Shown here: positions 50,035 through 63,105 of the stretch, one piece after another | Numbering within the stretch: position 1 is the stretch's first letter | Layout of the letters: every line of letters starts with the position of its first letter | Assembly: GCF_009834535.1 (NCBI RefSeq) | Contig: NC_045696.1 | Coordinates: 69,318,001-69,382,000 of the forward strand | Length of the DNA: 64,000 bases | DNA from: Camelus ferus | Taxonomy: Eukaryota | Direction: 5' to 3' | Notes under the pieces: model-generated | The model's database searches: none | What the model saw: only the letters and a program-made list of their open reading frames with translations | What the model was told of the DNA's origin: nothing | Translations under genes and position numbers: made by a program

Positions 50035-50450
50035 ACGGGAAAAGGCCAAGTAGTTCACCAATCTGTTTCCTCTTTTTTCTTACACACAGCTGAACAACAT
50101 TTCCCAGCCTCCTTAGCAGTTAGGGATGGCCTTGAGACTGGGTTCTAGCTAATGGAATATTAGAATGTTAGTGGAAATGGGTAAATGTCACTCCCAGGCC
50201 TGACTTATAACCTCCGTTTGTACTCTTTCCAGATCTGGCTGGATGCCCCTTGCCCAGAGCAACCTTAAGGCCCCATGTTAAAAATGGCGGAGCCACTGGC
50301 AGCCTGGACCACAAGTGACTGTGTGAAACAGATTACTCTTCCTCCAGCACCCCCCACCCCCCACATTAAACTGTTGTAGGAGAGAGGAATGAAATTCTAT
50401 TGTGTTAAGCCACTGAGTTTATCTGGGGCTGATGTTGCTTTAATTAATAG
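50035..50450 (+). mobile_element. MLT1J-like MaLR LTR
   Basis: 'acatttcccagcctccttagcagttagg...ttctagctaatggaat...ctattgtgttaagccactgag'. Confidence 0.7.
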
Positions 50451-50747
50451 CTTCCTTTGAGGCTTTCTTTTATCCAAATACTTCAAAATGATTGATTGAC
50501 ATAGGATTTCATAGGAATGAACTGAATTAAGTTCCACTGAATACCAAGGGCAGTTCTGAAGGGGATAAAAAAAATCACAAAAGGCATCCTGAAGGATATA
50601 GATGCTAAGAGAAGAGAGTAGAATTTACAGACAGATAGAATTTGTACATTACAGATGCTTGATGATGGCCCAGTGGACTTTGCCATCCATGGCCTGGCCA
50701 CACTGCCACACCCACCTCCTGGCTGCTCTGGGGGCTGCCAAGCCACT

Positions 50748-50935
50748 GAAGCAATGGTCGTCAAAGTCTAGGATACATAAAAGTTACCCAGGGACTTCTT
50801 TGTTATAAAACAGATTCCTGACACCCTGCCAATCCCCAGAATCTATCAAGTTGCATGTGGAGTCTAGACATGGACATGTATGTTTTTAATAAGCCTTTCC
50901 CATGATCTTGAGGCAAGTGGCTCACACAGAGACCA
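50748..50935. mobile_element. MER5-type MITE fragment
   Basis: 'cagattcctgacaccc...tgtatgtttttaataagcctttcccatgatctt'. Confidence 0.5.
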
Positions 50936-52364
50936 GATGCTTGGATGCTTCTCTGATGCCACCTCTGAGCCCCATTTCTCAGTATCCTGTACAAACCTGG
51001 GGTGGCTGTCAGGGCCCACAGGCAAGACTCAATGAGCCAAGGGCCTTAGGCTACCACTCAGATTCTGGGCAAGTACTTTGTGGATGATAAGGCATTCAGC
51101 ATATTAGTCTGGAATTTACCTTATATTTAAGTGTTTCTATGGGAAAATGAGCTCCAATTTACTTACAACCTAACTTTGGAAATGAAATTCACTCTTAAGG
51201 AGACATGGTCTATGCTGATGGGACCTGAGGACTACTGCGAGGCTTTCCTTAAGTCCTGAAATGAGAGGGGCCTCTAAGTGGTCATTCTCAAATCAATACA
51301 GATGATCTAATGGGTGACAGCAAAATCCACCCTTAAGAGACAGTCCAGCACTTGGGTCTGGAAGATTTAACTGCTCCCCAGCTGGGTGTATTCATTCACT
51401 CTTCCCCAGGCTTCCCTCCCTGTCTCATCTGCTCAGCTTTTGAAATACCTGCCTACCATCTATTCCATTATTATGTAATATTTCCCTTTAAATTGACAAC
51501 ACCCCACACACTTTTTAAAAATTTTAAATATTAAAAAGGAAACTCCTGTCTAAGGGGGAAGATACGTGTATGAAAACTAGGACAGATCCTGGACCCAGAA
51601 AGAAAGTGATCCCCTAGAGGGAGAGGGCAGGGGTCATAAGATCAAGAACAGGGAGGGCCTGCAGCTGGTGGAGGAGAGAGGGAACCCAGCGGGGAGTAGT
51701 AAGGTCTGGAGAGAAAGAACCCCAGCAGGGAAGGGAACACCGCTTCCTGGAAGGTCAGGGTGGAAGACAGCGTGGGGACAAGGACTGGCAGAGGGAGAGA
51801 CAGGCCAGAAAGGCTGCACATGGGGAAAGAACACTGGGGACTGGAAGAAGCGTGGTGCTCAGAAGGGGAGCTGTGGGGCAGCCAAGGCCTCTTAGAGGAG
51901 GCACAGAGTGGGAGACTGATATTTTGGCAGGCTTAGAGTTTGCTGGGAGAGGATCAGACAGAGTCCAGGGGGAGGAGGAGGCCCAGAACAGCGTATTGGG
52001 GGTGCTAAGGAAAGGGAGGCTGAGGTGGGGGGAATGCAGAGATAAGAGAGCTGAGGAGGGGCCAGAGCAGGGTGATGTGGGCAGGTGAAGTGTTGGGGAA
52101 CCTGTAGAGGGTGTGCACCCCACAACATGGGGCTACAAGGGTTATCTTCCTGGGACTGGACTGGAGCAAGGTGGTGCTGCCAGCAGCCAGGGGGACAGAT
52201 GATGTACTGGCATCTGCATTTCACCCTCAGGGAAATACAGTACTAACATCCCCAAAGAAAACACTGTGTCTCAAGGAAGAGAGCTGTCAGCATCAGCAAA
52301 ATGAGAGAAGATGCCAGTCTTGCCTATTCCCAGCACAGCTGATGGTGGCAGGGGAGAGCTTGCC

Positions 52365-52510
52365 TTGCTTGGTCCTAGAAAGTAAGGTCTATGAAGGCAG
52401 GAGCCTATCTGCCCTATTTCCTGCCATTTCCCCTGTGCCAGAGCAGTGCCTAGCATGTAATAAGAACTCAAAAAATCGTTTGGGAATGAATGCGTGTTCG
52501 AATGCATGGG
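52365..52510 (+). mobile_element. L2 3' end
   Basis: 'ctagaaagtaaggtctatgaaggcaggagc...gagcagtgcctagcatgtaataagaactcaa...gaatgaatg'. Confidence 0.7.
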
Positions 52511-55500
52511 AGAAAGAGGGCAGTTACCCAGGCTGTGAAAATGGCTGAGTCAGACCGAGCCTAATGTCCTTAACCTCAGGGTTCTGACAAGAGCACCTAC
52601 TCAGCTGCCAAGCTCACAAGATGCTTTGGACCCACCCAAGGGGAGAGAAGCCTGGTCATGTAGGACACACCCTCCAGTCTGCAAGGACGGTCACATGTCA
52701 CCTTGGAAAGTGCACACCTGTCTTCTGACTTTAAATATCAGTCCTCAAGATGAATTTGTTCTCAGTGTTTTGACAAAACCAGGCTTCTGAGTCTGCCAGC
52801 TTGATAGTAGGCTCTGGACCATGAATGTTGTGAAAATAATAGTCACAAAGTAGCTAAAATTATTGAGTGCTTATTCTATCCCAGGCTTAACATATATTAC
52901 CTGACTTAGTCCTGACCACCATGTGGGCGCATTCATTGATTAGCCCAGAGGAGGGCAAGGTTCTGGCCTAAGGTCACACACGACGAAGCAGCAACACTTG
53001 AATGCTGGCAGTAGTACCCAGACGCGCACTTGCAAATGTCAGCCCCCTTTCTCCTGCCTGTCCTGAATCCCACCCAGGGACACCCCCTCTGCAGTCAGCC
53101 CTTCACTTAAAACTTCTGCAAGATAGTGAAGGAGCATGGCCTGGGAGACAGGGACCTGGATTTGACCTTTTCTTTCTAAAATTTACTGACCCTATAGTTT
53201 GGGCAAGTCACTCAGCTTCTTTGAGCCTGGGTTTATTCAACTGTAAAATTCTCATGCGCACCTGGGATTATAATCACACAGTCTCAAATCACTGATGGAA
53301 TCGTTCTGGTTCCTGGGGAACAGCGCTGCCTCCTTTTTCTGTGCTCTGAGCCCTGACTCAGGGCTTGTCTTTCAAAGTGCCCAAGGTAGCAGCCCCACCT
53401 CAGTGAGGACCCTACAAGGGATCTGAGCCAGGCTGCCCCACAGAGGTCAGGACCACGGCAGACAAGGGACAGAGAGGCAAGGCAGATGTCCACCCTCCAT
53501 CTGAGGCAGAGGTGGAGGAATCAAAAACCCTCTGAGAGGAGGGACTTCCCCTAAATATTTCTAAGCAGTTGACTGCCTATGGGGGCCTCTCTCTCCCCTG
53601 ACCTTACCTCCAGGGAAACCCACTTCTGTCTGTTAGAACTTTTTCTACTAGTGTCATGGGCCGTCCTGACTCTGATCTGCTGGAGTTACTGGCTCAGAAA
53701 GACACCTGGGCCATTGCTTCTCAAACTCTTCAGAACTGTCCCTAGGTTTCCTGAAACACTAGGCTCAGGGCTGGATCCCAGAGCTGGGCAACCTTCTCCT
53801 AAGCTGGAGGTCTGCGCACCCTCCAATACCTGGATGCTGTCCAGCCTCTGGTCCGCTCCCTTCCAAGCCCACGGGGCCAGAGGAGTCTGTGAAGCTCCCT
53901 GACAATCCCCAGGCCTTGGCCCTTCCCTTCAGGGATGCGGCTTTCACACCAGAGTGGACGTGGCCGTCACCCCGGAGGGATACCTGTGTGCTTGGGCAGA
54001 AACTTCAGGCTTCTTAGAAGCTTAACTTCAGCTCTTGATCTCTATGACTGTTTGCCTTTTTCCACAAAGAGGGCAAAAAGGGAATCTATTGCCAGGCTAT
54101 TTTAGGTGAACTCACTGAAAAATAAAAAAAAGGAAAGAAGAAAATCAACTTGGGACGTCATAGCTATTCTTAGCTGGCTCTTCTCTCCCTCCTGGACTCA
54201 GGCTCTATTTGGGAAACTGGTGTCTTGGGGGGCAGCCAACCTTGTGCTTTTTCACAGAGTAATCCCCTGGCAGATGGCAAAGGGTCCTGGTCCTTCTCAC
54301 TGTTTTTCTGGAGAGGAGTTTACTGGTGACAGCCTACCCTCTGCTCTGGCTCCTCGCTCACAGGCCCCAGCCTCCAGCAGCTCCATATCTTTTATACTCT
54401 GCAAAGCACTTTACAGTCAGGACCACTGTTTTGCCTCTCCAGGCTTCAGACACGTTAGAATAGAGCAGCTTTTAGCTGGTTAATGAATCTATATCCAGGT
54501 CACATGTTGTGATGAAGCATCGCTCATTATTTGTTAGCCTAAGAATCCTTATTAACTGAAGAACCAAGTCCTGTGGAAATGTTGTCTAATCCGGGACCCT
54601 GGCTCCCAGATAGAAACCCAGAAAGTCACACGTACTTTTAATTCATGTAAAAAAAGCTACTTTGGTTTTGAGATGGGCCATCATCATGACAAGTAGGGAA
54701 AAGAACAAACATAAACAAATAGGGTTGACATCCAGGCCGGATACCAGACCTAGAAGCGCTGAGACCTGGATCAGGGAGGGCCAGCATCGGTCATGATGAG
54801 GTTCAGTGTTCAGGGAAACTGAACACAACAAAACGCACCATGGAGAGACCTAATACCTGGTTGATTATCACCTAGTCTTACTCCTAGAAAGAGCCATCAA
54901 GAACGACGAAGTCCTGGGTCCCAGTTTCTAGTTAGGAGTTGATGGAATTAGGTATTTCTGAGAATTGGATCTCCCTCAAGTGTTGAGGGGCAACTCAGAG
55001 TACTCAGAAATGCTTAGAATTTGGCTGAAGGGAACAATATTTCTTTTGTAGTTTATTTTTCTTTCCCAAAATGGAAATAAAAAGTGGCTTTATGCTCCAA
55101 GTATAAAAATAATTTACGTGCATTGTGAAGAGACTGAAAAGCATCCCAACCCTCATCACCCAGAAATAATCACAGTTACCATTTCAGGGAATAACATCCA
55201 AGCCTGCACTTAGATACACACGCATCAATCGCATCTAAACAGGTTCATGCAATTCTTGAGGGATGGCCTTATTTGACTACAGGAGACCCAGTTATCTGCT
55301 TTTGACTAAATAAGACAGGTAGAGGGACCTATCTTAACCAGGGAAGGGCAGGGGAACAATTTTTTTTTTCCCCCTGACACCATCTACTGCAGTGCAGTCA
55401 TGGGCAAGCAGCCTGTTTATCTGCAGGGGCACACTTTCCTTTGGAAACACACTAGTCCCAACTAAGTCCTTCCCTCAAACCTGTCTCAGATGAGCCCCTG

Positions 55501-56124
55501 CTCTTTAGCTGGGTGGGAGGTGGGACTTTCAGCTCACTTTTTCCAGTTTTGGCTAAGAAGCCCTCCCTTTCTCAGATGCTTCAGCACAAGTGGATAGTTT
55601 GCCCTGGACTGGCCTGAACGGAGCCAAGTGCTTTAGAGCTGATGAACCTGGGGACGACCATGATTTAAAGGCCCTATTTACCATTTGCTCTACTGGTCCT
55701 AATGATGGAGTGGAGTCTCTGCTCATAATCAGGGTTAGGCGGCTGCCTGACCAGTGACAGAAATTATGGTTTCCACAAGCAAATGCTTCTGGTTGACAAA
55801 AGTTTTATTATTGGATATGCTACCATTCTCCCTCTGTAACCACATTGCCGTGTTTGAACTGCTGGCTACTGGGATGGAAGTTCTTGGGCTGATTTTAGTT
55901 CTAAGCTGCTCTTACACGTGGACTCCTTTCTCCCACTTATTGACATTTGTTGGGTAAGTAAATGATTTTCTTCTTTGCCTTAAAATGAGGATAGCTACTG
56001 ATGGTAATTTTACATTTTCTTTTGTTTGTACCAGGATCCAAATAAAGTTCACACATGGCAATTGGTTGATATTGTCTCTTAAGTTTTTTTAATTTATGGA
56101 TTTTTTTCTCCCTTACCCGCTTCT

Positions 56125-56172
56125 TGTTTTTGGTTTTGTTTTTGGTTTTGTTTTTGGTTTTGTTTTTGGTTT
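56125..56172. repeat. Tandem repeat with 12-bp unit (TTTTTGGTTTTG)
   Basis: Directly visible, about 4 units. Confidence 0.85.
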
Positions 56173-56381
56173 CTGTCAATCCATTTGTTGAAGAACCTGG
56201 TAGAATTTCTACAGTCTGGAATTTGCTTGGACTGCCTGCGGTGTCATCACACTGTATTTTGATTATTGCATTTGTTAGTTAGTATCCTTATTGATGCTCA
56301 GTTTGGTTTCATCTTTTGTTTGAGAGCTTCTTCAGTTTGGCTCCTGATCCTTTTGGCACAACCTCAGTGGTCTTTAACAGC

Positions 56382-56416
<35 letters not shown>
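56382..56416. repeat. (TTG)n trinucleotide microsatellite
   Basis: Directly visible, about 11 units. Confidence 0.95.
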
Positions 56417-56417
<1 letters not shown>

Positions 56418-58095
56418 TTCATATAGACAAACTGATTGTAAAATTAAAAAGGAAAAAATTGAAATACAGGAAGAATGGCCAGGGGGTAAAAGGAATGAGA
56501 AGGATCCATCCCTATCAAATACTAAAACAAATGATAAAAATGTCAATAATTAAAATAGTTTGAAATTTATCCCATAAACCAACAGCCAGGATGTCAAGAA
56601 ATAGACCCAAATACATATGGAAATTTAGAATATGATAAAAGTTGTCTCTCAAATTAGCTAGGAAGGTAGGAACTAGTGAATAAATGATATTGAGACTACT
56701 GCTTTTTAGCTGTCTAGCAAAAATTAAGCTGGATTCACACTACACAGTGTATACCAGGATAAATTCTAAATGAATCATGGATTTCAATTTAGTTCAAATA
56801 CTAGAGGAAAGTCTGGAAAAAATATTTAAAAATTTGGAGTGGTGAAGGTCTTTAACATGAGTCAAAACCCAGAAGCTATAAAAGAATGGAATGATACAGT
56901 AACTACCTTAAAAAAGTAAAAAAATAAACCTCTGCCTGGCAAATAAAACACCAAACACTAGAAATGGCAAACTGGAAAAAGTAAATGCAACTAATATTAC
57001 AAAGATCTAGTCATGCTAAAAGAGACACAAGACACAGATACATGAGGGGAAATGCCATGTGATGTTGGAGGCAGAAATTGGAGTGATGCCACTGTGAGCC
57101 AAGGATGCCAAGAGTTGCTGCAAACCACAGGAGTAAGGAAGAGTCAAGGAAGGATTCTCCCCAACGGATTTCAAAGGGAGTGTGGGTCGGCTGAAAGCTT
57201 GATTTTGGACATCTAGCCTTTAGAACTGTGAGACAATAAATTTCTGTTGTTTAAAAAAACAACAAAGATCTAGTCATCCTAGACAAATGTCTAATTCCTC
57301 TAGAAATCAGTAAAAGAACCAAAAATTCAATAGAAAAATAAGCAAAGTTATCGACAAATGGTTTACATACAAGGAACAAATGAAAATATGTTCAACTTTA
57401 CTCAAACTAAGAGAAATGCAAATTAAAACTACCCTGAGTTGCTACCATTTTCCCCATGATCGGTTTGATGTTACATTAGTAAGGCTGTGGGGAAAGGGTA
57501 AATCTCATACATTAAAGATAGGAATGGACGTTGGTATGGCTACCATGGAGGACAATTTGGCAATAACCCCAAAAGAAAATATTGAGGCCAGCAATTCCAC
57601 ATCTACAAATGCATCTTACAGAGATACTTACACAAGTGTAAAATAACACATGTACAAGGTTATTCATGGCACTGGAGTCTGTAATAGCAAACATATGGAA
57701 ATAACCCAAATGTCCATCAATAGGAGACAAGCTAAGTAAATTACAGTTTACAAAGAATGATGAATATTTATTTCCATGTTCTGATATGAAAAAATATTCA
57801 AGGCATATTAGGTGAAAACATCCAGGTCAGAATTATAAGTATCATCTAAAACCTTTTGTGTAAAAATGTTGGGGAGACATAGAATATATATTTGTCTTTG
57901 CTCATATATACTAAGGAAACTCTGGAAAGCCATACATGAAATTGTCAACCGTGGTCGCCTGGGGCAGGGAGATGGAAATTGTGTGGATGAAGGATAGGGG
58001 CAGGTGAAAGAAAGATTTTTTTGCTGTATATATTTACATATATTTTATTTATAAACCATGTGAATGTATTGCATATTCAAAAATAAGATTTAAAA
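56417..58095 (+). mobile_element. Old L1M ORF2 and 3'UTR fragment
   Basis: 'gaaatagacccaaatacatatggaaatttagaatatgataaa...gagaaatgcaaattaaaactacc...aacccaaatgtccatcaataggagac...tgtgaatgtattgcatattcaaaaataa'. Confidence 0.8.
57019..57261 (+). mobile_element. MLT1B/C LTR R-region retrocopy with A-tail and 20-bp TSD
   Basis: 'ggaggcagaaattggagtgatgcc...gagccaaggatgccaa...agaactgtgagacAATAAAtttctgttgttt' followed by A7. TSD at 56999-57018 / 57262-57281. Confidence 0.85.
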
Positions 58096-58499
58096 AAGAT
58101 AAATTAAGACGTTAAAGAAATAGAAGGCCCAGTGCAGCTCAATTCCTGCAGCCCTGCTATCGTTGCCAGTTTCCAGCAGCAACCTAGTGAAGGAAACACT
58201 GACCTCTACAAACAGTGGGCAATGAGCCGTGCCATACATAACCAACAGAAATAAATTAAGTTCGTAGAAAATAACAACATAATTAAGAACTTGGAGAACC
58301 TGAGGAAGGGCTTTGCAAGGGAACATCATAAGCTCATTAATTTTCACAAGTTATTAGACTGTTATTTAAATAAAGTTGGTGAAATAAAGTTTTTTTTTTT
58401 TAAAGAAAATTGCCAAGAGGAGAATGGGAATCGTGTGAGACCACCACTCTTCTCACTGAACACATTCTCTGTGAGAATCTGTTTTACTCTCTTGCTATC

Positions 58500-59432
58500 C
58501 TTCTATGTCCTGATGTAGCCGATGAGTCTCCACCCATTTCTGCGCAGCTTCAGACCCACAACAAACAGCCTACTGGACTCCTTCCCCCAAACATCCCACA
58601 GGCATCTCAAATCAACTTGTCCAAGACAAAACCCAACGCTTTGCTCCATGGTATACTGTGGTACTGCCATCTACCCAGTTCCCTAATAGGAACCCAAGGA
58701 GGGACGTTTTCTCTTCCCTCTCCCTTCTCTTTACCAATCATAAAATCCTAAAGATCTTTCCTCCTCAGTACTTCTTCATTCCTTGAAAAGAAATCCTTCT
58801 TCTTATTCTTACCTTTTACCATCACCTCCAACCCAGTCTCACTTTCTCTTACCCTACTGCCACAGCATCCTAAGTGGTCCTCCCTCCTCCAGCCTGGCAC
58901 CCCTCCAATCCATCGTCCACATTGGTGCCTGAATAACCCTTAAAAATTGAGTCTGGTTTTGCCACCTCCCTCTTAAAACCTTCCATATCTCCCCATTGTG
59001 CATAGACAGAGGTTCAAATTCCTCAGTGAAGACTCTAGGTGAGTGTGACCATACATTCCAGTGTCCCCAGGACAGTTCCAGGTTATTCCTGTTGCCTTGA
59101 GGTCCCAGTGGGCTAGCACCCACTCTCACTCTCAGAGTATCCTTTAGTAAATCATTTGGTCTCCCTCACTGTAGAACTGTCTCCAGTCCAGCTCTTGTCT
59201 ACCTCCCAGCTTTCTCTCTTACCATTTTATATTCCAGCAGCACTAAACTGCAGATCACCCACGTCATACCTGCCACTGTTTCTCATCTTCGGGCTTTTCC
59301 TCCTATTGTCTTCTCTGCCAGGAATGTGTCACGACCTACCCTCTCCTACACACTCTGTCTTGTTCACTCCTATTTGTTCTTTAAGACTCAGCTGAGCATC
59401 ACTTGTCTGTAAAGTCTTTCCTGGCTGTTCCC

Positions 59433-59476
<44 letters not shown>

Positions 59477-59640
59477 GGTCAGTTTTACTTCCCTGTATTT
59501 CTGTTATGTCTTTAACGATCTCTATTAATGAATTTAGTAGGCCAATATTATAATTATCTATCTATGAGTCTGCCTCCCATCACTAGATTGTAGATTTCTT
59601 AAGGGCAGGGGCTGTGTCATTTTTCTTTACAGCCCCAGAA
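58500..59640 (+). mobile_element. L2 fragment with internal (CA)n (about 59435-59475)
   Basis: 'caggcatctcaaatcaacttgtccaagac...ctactgccacagcatcctaagtggtcc...cactagattgtagatttcttaagggcagggg'. Confidence 0.75.
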
Positions 59641-59859
59641 CTTGCAAAGTTTCCACATTCCAGGCCCAGCAGGCCACAAGAGCAAAAGCACATCAGCAGA
59701 AACAACGTGGATGCATTTGAGGAAGAGAAAGAAGGTGTGTGCGGCTGAAGCATAGGGAGGGGGCAAGTAGAATACAGGCTAAGTTCACGGCAGGAGGCAG
59801 CAGCCAGACCACGTGAGGGCCTTAGAGCATGGTTAGATGACTTGCCCACCCCGACTATT

Positions 59860-60080
59860 AAGCAGGGAACACGGGATTGATGTCCAACAGACTTGAGTTT
59901 GACAACTGGCTCTCCTACTTACCAGCTGGGTTAACGTGAAGAATTTTTTAAAATGTCTCCAAGCCTCAGTTTCCTTGCCTACAAAATGGACATAGTTAAA
60001 TCGTGGTGAGGACTGAATGAGATAAAGCACAGTGTGTGGCATGTCAGAGTTGTCATAAATGGAAGAGATTATGATTATTT
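59860..60080 (+). mobile_element. MIR SINE
   Basis: 'cagacttgagtttg...ctacttaccagctg...gcctcagtttcctt...aaaatgg...gtgaggactgaatgagata'. Confidence 0.75.
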
Positions 60081-60994
60081 CTCAGCAGAATTGGAAGGAA
60101 GGGGGCCAGTTTCCAGAAGTTCTGAGTGTGGAGTCAACATCTTGAGGGATTGGATAGTTTTGTATACTCTGAGAAGAGTTGAGAGGTGGCAGCAGATGAT
60201 TGATCCCAAGTTCAGTAAAGTGTTGCAAGCTCACGAAGTTCTGCAAAAGCAATTGTGTAAACCAACAGCTAGCAGGCTTCAGCCCAGAACTCATCTCAAG
60301 CCTTGCCTGATCAGAAACATATCCCTCTGTCCATCAGTAATGAACTGGCCATTCAAGAGTAATTCTGACTTTATCATGAGAGTCAATAAATGATAGGGCT
60401 CATTTAAAAATCTCATTCTTTTGCAGGTACACATCTTTTCTGAATCATGGGGATCGTTGAGGCAATCTTCACCAGCACTCATGAGCCCTCACTCTGGGAA
60501 AACATCTCACTACCTGCAGGTTATCTCTGAAAGCAGGATGTTTCTTAAGCCAGAGTCCAATTAAGCATTTCAGGTACTGCTCGGCCTCCAAGAGCCTCCA
60601 TTCCATGGCCTTCATCAGGTCAGGCAGGAGTGATGCCAAAATAGATAACAAATGGTACAGCACAGACACAGCCAGCCAGAGTGGACCGTGAACACAGCAC
60701 GGAGTGACCACAGTCCTGAGGCCCCTGAGGCCCTGGCAATAGCCCTCTAGTTGCTGACTTGTGAACAGTCCTGGGGAACTGGCCAGCATGGCTGGGGTGC
60801 TGCGAAGTCACTCAAGTGGCAATTTACCAACTGGTCAATATTTAAACAGCTCAGCCTCACCAGCATGTATCTGCTGCGTACCAGTCAGGCACAGGTGAGT
60901 TTGCTCATCTGCAGGAACCGTATCCAGTGGTTATAATTGCTCCATTCCCCACACACCCATGCCCTCTCCATCCGGAGTGCAGCCCCCAAACAAC

Positions 60995-61170
60995 GTGGCA
61001 TGGTTGAAAGCTGACCAGAGAGGGTAGCAAGACATCTGATCCTAATCTGGGCTTTGCTTCTTACCATCAGTGTGACATTGGGCACGTTAATTTCCTCACC
61101 TGTAAAATGGGATGGTCACACTCCCTTAGTGGAGACGGTGTGAAAATCAAATAAACACATATAAAATGCC
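60995..61170 (+). mobile_element. MIR SINE
   Basis: 'gtgtgacattgggcacgtta...ttcctcacctgtaaaatggg'. Confidence 0.65.
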
Positions 61171-61639
61171 AAATGCAGATGCTGAGTATATGGCTTCAGG
61201 CTCCAAAGGGAAGTGCAGACATGGAAGCTGCCCTCGGGGACTTTCACTGGGAAGGTCCAGAGCCATCTACCCTTAAGATGATTGCTGGGAGGGAGGTTCC
61301 GAGGAGGGGTGATGGGGCAGGACATCTACTAAGATTTGGCTGCAGCAGCCTCCTGAGTCTGGTGCTCCCAGTCCTGGGGGGAGATACCCACAAAATCTGG
61401 CTTTTGCAGCCCATCTTGAAGAGGGAGTGCAGAGCAGGGGTATCAAATGGGTGTCGGAGGAGGGAAAGCGCTGCTGGATGACTCACTGTCCTGGACCACA
61501 GGCCGTGGGGAGACAGGGGAGGGCTGGGGAAGCTGGCGCCTGCCTTTGCCGTCCTGGTTGTCTTTCCCTCCTGCTCACTACTGTTTGGGCAATTTAATAG
61601 GGTTGCCTTGACAACAATCTGGCCAGCAGAAAGATCAGT

Positions 61640-61840
61640 CTGAGGACTTGGATTTGAATCCCGACTCTGCTGTTTTCCCACCATATGACCTGGCCGTGCT
61701 ATTTCATGCCCACCGCCTTCCGTCCACAACCTTTGCTTCCTGAAAAATAGGGTTCCTGTGCCCTCCCCCTCCACCTCCCCACCTCATAGAGTTGTTGTGA
61801 GCTTTGCAAAATATGTACATGAAAGCAATTTGAGTAATGT
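61640..61840 (+). mobile_element. MIR SINE
   Basis: 'ggatttgaatcccgactctgc...acctcatagagttgttgtgag'. Confidence 0.6.
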
Positions 61841-62779
61841 ACTTTCCAAACACGATGTTCTGTAATGTGATTGTGTTTGCTTACTGTAACATGAATTTCG
61901 CCAGACCTGCCAGCCCGGAGGTGCCATCCGCAGTGACTATCCATGCTTCACTGGCTCCTCCCCTTGCAATGCAAGCTGTGTCCTGGTGCACTTGTGAAGT
62001 TCCCCTTAAGGACTTGTCACACTCCCTTGAGACATGCTGGGCACCCCACACAATATGATGCCACAGGCACAGCTTCTGCACCTCAGTTTCTTCTGCTCTA
62101 AAGCTGCCCCTGTGGGCATGCTGCCAGTGGCTGGGAGTTTCCCCCCCTGCCTCCACGTCATGTCACATAACAGAGCCCTGCATAGGAACAACTCCAGGAG
62201 CCCCTCTCTCCCTGGGGCTTGGACAACAACCCCTGGGCCAGGCAGAGAACACATGCCCATCTGCCCTGTTCATCACTTCTCTCCTCGAATCAGGATTTTC
62301 AGCACAAACCTTCCTTCTCATCCAGACAAAACCAAAGGTCTTGGGCAAGGTAATTTCACAAAAATTAATTCTTCCAGGGACCCACATCAAATTAACTGAT
62401 GTGGGCTAACCAGACCACAAGTTCACCAGATATGTTTAGAGAAATTTGGATCTCATTTGGGGTTAATGGCGGTATGCTTGTTACAGTAACATGTATTATG
62501 AATCATTTTCATTATTGCAAGTAGTGACACCCCCCACCTGTGGTTCTTGAATTTAGTTTGGGGTGATCCTAGGGGGGTGCTCACCATATCTCATTCCCCA
62601 GATGTGACTCAGGAGGCAGCCCTTCCAGGTGCTTCTGAAAAGAATCCAGGCAGATGAGCTCTGGCTGGACTCATGAGGGAGGAGGACATTTATGTCTGAA
62701 AGTTCATACAAGAGATTTAAAGTGAAATCTGAAGGGAGTGGGATTACTATTCCATGGTTACGGGAATGGTTTTGTGTAG

Positions 62780-63105
62780 GTCATGGTTTCGCAGACTACA
62801 GGCCACCTCTCATTAGGGTGTCATGAAATCAGTTCGGTGGGTTGTGATCAGCATTTTAAAAGATGAACAGGGTAAAACAGAAGTATTATGGTGTATCATA
62901 TACAATAGGGGTAAGTATTGTTTCATGATCTTTTCGTTTCTGTAAGATCACACGTAGAGATTGAACCATATGAAACTACCATTTTTCAGGTCAAGGTCAA
63001 ATATCTGCAGTTTCATATGGTTCATCTTAACAGGATATGTGCATATTTGGCATATGGAAAATTTCCTTTCTGTGAATCACACACACAAAAAATTTTTTGA
63101 GAAAG
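62780..63105. mobile_element. hAT-Charlie MITE hosting MADE2
   Basis: 'gtcatgaaatcagttcggtgggttgtgatcagcatttt...ggggtaagtattgtttcatga'. Confidence 0.55.
62955..63031. mobile_element. MADE2 mariner MITE
   Basis: Perfect 16-bp inverted repeat tgaaccatatgaaact (62962-62977) / agtttcatatggttca (63009-63024), about 80 bp overall. Confidence 0.85.

Noticed and set aside
56266..56553. Poly-Cys / poly-Gln ORFs
   Set aside because: Artefacts of the (TTG)n microsatellite between L1 fragments.
61244..61774. 176-aa minus-strand ORF
   Set aside because: Overlaps a MIR and has no recognisable protein features.
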